From NCBI RefSeq assembly GCF_009914755.1, contig NC_060935.1: DNA of 64,000 nt; one strand, given 5' to 3'. Source of the stretch: the human T2T-CHM13v2.0 reference genome, Homo sapiens. The notes under the pieces are model-generated. The model did not search any database, was not told where the DNA came from, and saw only the letters and a list, made by a program, of their open reading frames with translations. Made by a program: the position numbers and the translations under genes. Positions 60,360 to 64,000 of the stretch are shown piece by piece (within the stretch, counting starts at the first letter, position 1; each line of letters begins with the position of its first letter).

Positions 60360-61290
60360 AGACATTTACCAAGTACTTTTTCTGTTGGTGGTCACTGCCC
60401 TAAGCCTATCAGAACTGGTTTCTACCCTTAAGAAGCTTACAATGTAGTAAGGCGGACATCCCAACAAACCAGACATTGGAGTTCATTGTGTGAGGTGCTA
60501 TGATGGATTATAAGACATTATGATTGACTGAGTATTATGAAGGGGTGAAGCAAACTCAAGCTGGCAAATTAGGGAGGAGGTAGATCACACAGGCTTTCCT
60601 AATGGGATTACTTATGACTCATTGAGTAGTGAAAGATGAATAGGACTTTACTAAACAGAAACTGGAAGGGCTTTCTGGGCTAAGGGAACAGCACAGAAGC
60701 ATCAAATACACTTTACCTTTCTAGGGCTGCCAGTAGTTTAATTCAGCAATACCACATCACAAAGGTCTTTGTGTGCTTTGCTAATGAGTTTGAACTTTAT
60801 CATAAAAGCATTTTACAAAGATCACACTGGCAGCTGCATTTTGGAAGGGATTTGCCTAGAGGTAGGATAACTGCGGGGGGTATGTCTATAGCAATAAAAG
60901 TGAGAAAATATGAGATCTGAAGGAGCTAACATTGTGGCAGTGGCAGTGGGTATAAAGGAGAAGGGAGGACTAGAAGAGATATTTAAGATGCAAACAATGT
61001 AGGAACTGGGTGATTATAGAACTGAAAAGTGAGTGAGAGGGAGGAATCCATGAGAACTCACATATTTCTGGTTAGGATAAAAGACTGATTGACTGACATG
61101 AAGACTACAAGAGAAAAAAACAGACTTGGAGTTGAAACTTCAGTTTAGGACACTGAAACTGAATGATGTGTCATTCAAGTGGAAAGGCCATTAGGCAGTT
61201 AGATATGTAGGCTTAGAGCACAGGAGAAAGGTCTTAAAACCCTGGGCTTATGGGACGTTACCACGGAGACTGCACAGAGTGAGAAGATCC
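60360..61290 (-). mobile_element. Degenerate L2
   Basis: aagaagcttacaatgtagt, gaaagatgaatagga, aagatcacactggcagc, ggcagttagatatg. Confidence 0.7.
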
Positions 61291-63676
61291 ATTTTAAAGC
61301 TGATGATGAATAATATTTTCGTTATAAGGAGAGAAGCAATGTTAGGGGTGTCTTCCCATTGCTGGAGTGGGTCATTTGCAGTATGCAGTGCATAAACTCA
61401 CAGGCTGTCCTTATGATGACCTTTTGTTCATTCTTACATTCAGTATACAGATGAACAAAGGAAGTATTTTATGTCTTGTAAATTACAAGGGACTATGCAG
61501 TATGTAAGGGAAGATACAGGAGAGTAAGGGAAGGAGAAAGAGGGTGACTAACAAGCTTCTCAGAGATTAGCCAAGAACTATGGCATTGAATCTAGGTCTC
61601 TCCTGTCCTCAATTTGACACTCTCCACTCCCCTGACATGTTTTGTATTAAAATATATTTTTCTTTTTATGAACATGTCATACCTATGGCTCACCTGTGTC
61701 CTTGCTAACCTACAGGTTTGGACAATCTGGAATTGGCAGCATGCATGACTGTGGAGCTTTAAAGCCACCCTCCTGAGAGAAGAGCAGCTGACTCATGTAC
61801 CTCACCATGCAGATGAGGGTGTGTTATAACCCACAGTGTGTCTGTGTCCCTGGATGAACTGAGCACTTTATAATGGAGTTTTTCTGCATCTCAAAAAGAA
61901 GTCACAGATTAAATGGTAACTGCAAGAGCTCATTTCTCTATTTGAGTGAGTGCTTTATCAAAAAAATATTTTATTCCTGCTGCTTTACCACAGGGTCAAT
62001 TCAAGTCTAAATGAATCTGGCATGTATAAAATATATTTTTATATAGCTCCATATAGAGATATAGCTCTACACAGCCATTAACAGACTCACACACAATCAT
62101 TCTTTTATTCCAGGTGTGAACTGCTATGCTATTTCACCCAGTTCAAACACAGGTCATTGGCTTTCAAACTAATTTTGGAAAGCAGACACTGTGTAGTTGG
62201 TAGGTGGAATAAAATGAAAACAAAAAATTAATATGCATGGCAGTTTAACTAGCTGTGTATCTCTCATGGAAAGGGGGTAATAGTCTAAAATTATTTACTC
62301 ATTTTTTTTTAAAGTCTTTAAAAGAAGGCAATGAATTGCCAGTAATTTCCCCACCTTAACTCATGGTAATTTGTTTCCTGCTGGGTGAAAACGCAGGGAT
62401 CTTGAAACTGTTAATGAACTTTCTTTCTCCTGATCTGTACAATGTCAAATTCATTTCTTTTTTTCTTACTTCAGGTTTTACTATTCTGTTTTGTTTGTTC
62501 CATTTTTGTATTTTTTCCTGAGGTCAGGGATGATTCTATGGAAGCATGAAAATTTGTAGTTGAAAGGGATCTTAGAACTTCAGCAAGATTTGTGATAGAT
62601 GGTCAAGTGGGTCTGGGCTCGCACCCTCCCTAAGGTGAAAGACTCACTGCCTTACCCCACAGCTATTTCACTACTTACAGACTACCACACAATAGCCAGG
62701 GTGCTGCCCTATTTGCAACATGAACTGGAACATTATATTGGGACATAATGATGAGTGGTAGCTAAAAGTCCTTTCCCTCTGGTGTTGTTATTTGGTTAAA
62801 TTGATTTACATAATGTTATTCTGTGGTATAAACCTTTCTCATTTATCTCATATATATCCCATTTTAAGCTATAAGCTCCCAGAGGGGTAGGTACTTCATC
62901 ATTACTTCTGTACTCAAGTATTTTGCATATCTTTGATACAAAGTAAGAACAATGTATATGTATATCAGTTTAACTCTCAGATGAATGAACTAATAAAACT
63001 TGTAACAGTATTTTCCAATGTAGTGAGTACATTAAGCATCATTAATATTAAAATGCAAATTAATGCATTATTTGCAAGTTTTCAAATCATGTGTACTTAA
63101 GAATTTTCTTTTAAAATGTATCAAAAGACTGAACATTCAAGCTGATTATCATAAAAAGTGTATGTATGGGGGTAATATTCAAAATATTTAACAACCCAGA
63201 AGAACATGGGAGCTGTAATTCCCACAAATCACCATGTGAAGGTGATTCCAGGGAAGAGTCAGTCAACAGAGAATAGCCACTGATGGAAGGGAAGTGGGGT
63301 CTGGTGGCAGGTGATGGATAGATCACTAAACATTTGTCCAAGAGAGTGCTAGTGTTGCCGCTAGGGGTGAATATTTCTGTTGGGGTCCAGGTCTGCTCTG
63401 GCTGGGGAGGTGTGGGGAAGCAAGCAGGAATGGGGCTGCAAAAGGCTGGCTAGGGTAGCCCACAGTGGTATCTGCCCAGGAATCCCTGGGGTCTGGGCAG
63501 GGTAGTGGGAGGCACTGGTTGAGGGAAAAGGAATAATAGTTTTTTTCCCTGTTTGTCAGCTGAGTTAGCAGCCCTGGTTTTGAGAAATATTAAAATATGC
63601 CTTTGATTTTTGGGGATATCAATGAGTTTTGCAATGAAGTAGAGGGGATCACCAGTTTAAGACTTACTGATCAGTA

Positions 63677-63899
63677 TGGGCAACATGGCAAAATCCCACC
63701 TCTACAAAAAAATTAAAAATTTGCTGGATGTGGCAGCATGCACCTGTAATCCCAGCTACTCAGGAGGCAGAAGTGGGAGGATCACTGGAGCCAGGGAGGT
63801 CAAAGCTACAGTGGGCTCTGATTGTGCCACTGTACTCCAGCGTGGGTGGCAGAGCAAGACCTGTCTCAAAACAAAACAAAAAACAACAAAAACAAAAAA
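63677..63899 (+). mobile_element. 5'-truncated AluJ with (CAAAA)n tail
   Basis: gggcaacatggcaaaa...ggaggatcactggagcc...agcaagacctgtctcaaaac. Confidence 0.88.
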
Positions 63900-63966
63900 G
63901 ACCTGATCTACTGAGCAAACAAACTACCATCACAAATAAATCAGAACTTGAAAAATAATGACTGTA

Positions 63967-64000
63967 GGCCAGGCGCGGTGGCTCATGCCTGTAATCCCAG
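63967..64000 (+). mobile_element. Alu 5' end, cut by the window edge
   Basis: ggccaggcgcggtggctcatgcctgtaatcccag. Confidence 0.9.

Overview
Primate (almost certainly human, given an AluYb-lineage element) AT-rich non-coding DNA. I found no recognisable protein-coding exon, RNA gene or processed pseudogene; the listed ORFs are Alu/LTR-derived or random. The window reads as the interior of a large intron or intergenic block: about 23 Alus, 8 LTR pieces (all on +), L2/MIR/L1 fragments and several hAT MITEs. It also has a CpG-rich CCAAT/GC/TATA promoter-like element at about 26.6-27.0 kb and weaker candidate minus-strand alternative first exons. I could not identify a host gene. The standout is a 1034-bp chimeric endogenous retroviral unit at 52753-53786: an HERV-L (MLT2A-type) 5' LTR with tRNA-Leu PBS, fused to a THE1 internal 3' end and a THE1D-type 3' LTR. 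It is bracketed by a single 5-bp target-site duplication (CTTCC) inside an otherwise continuous L2, suggesting one integration of a cDNA built from two co-packaged retroelement families. Repeat subfamily calls are from remembered consensus features, not from a database run.
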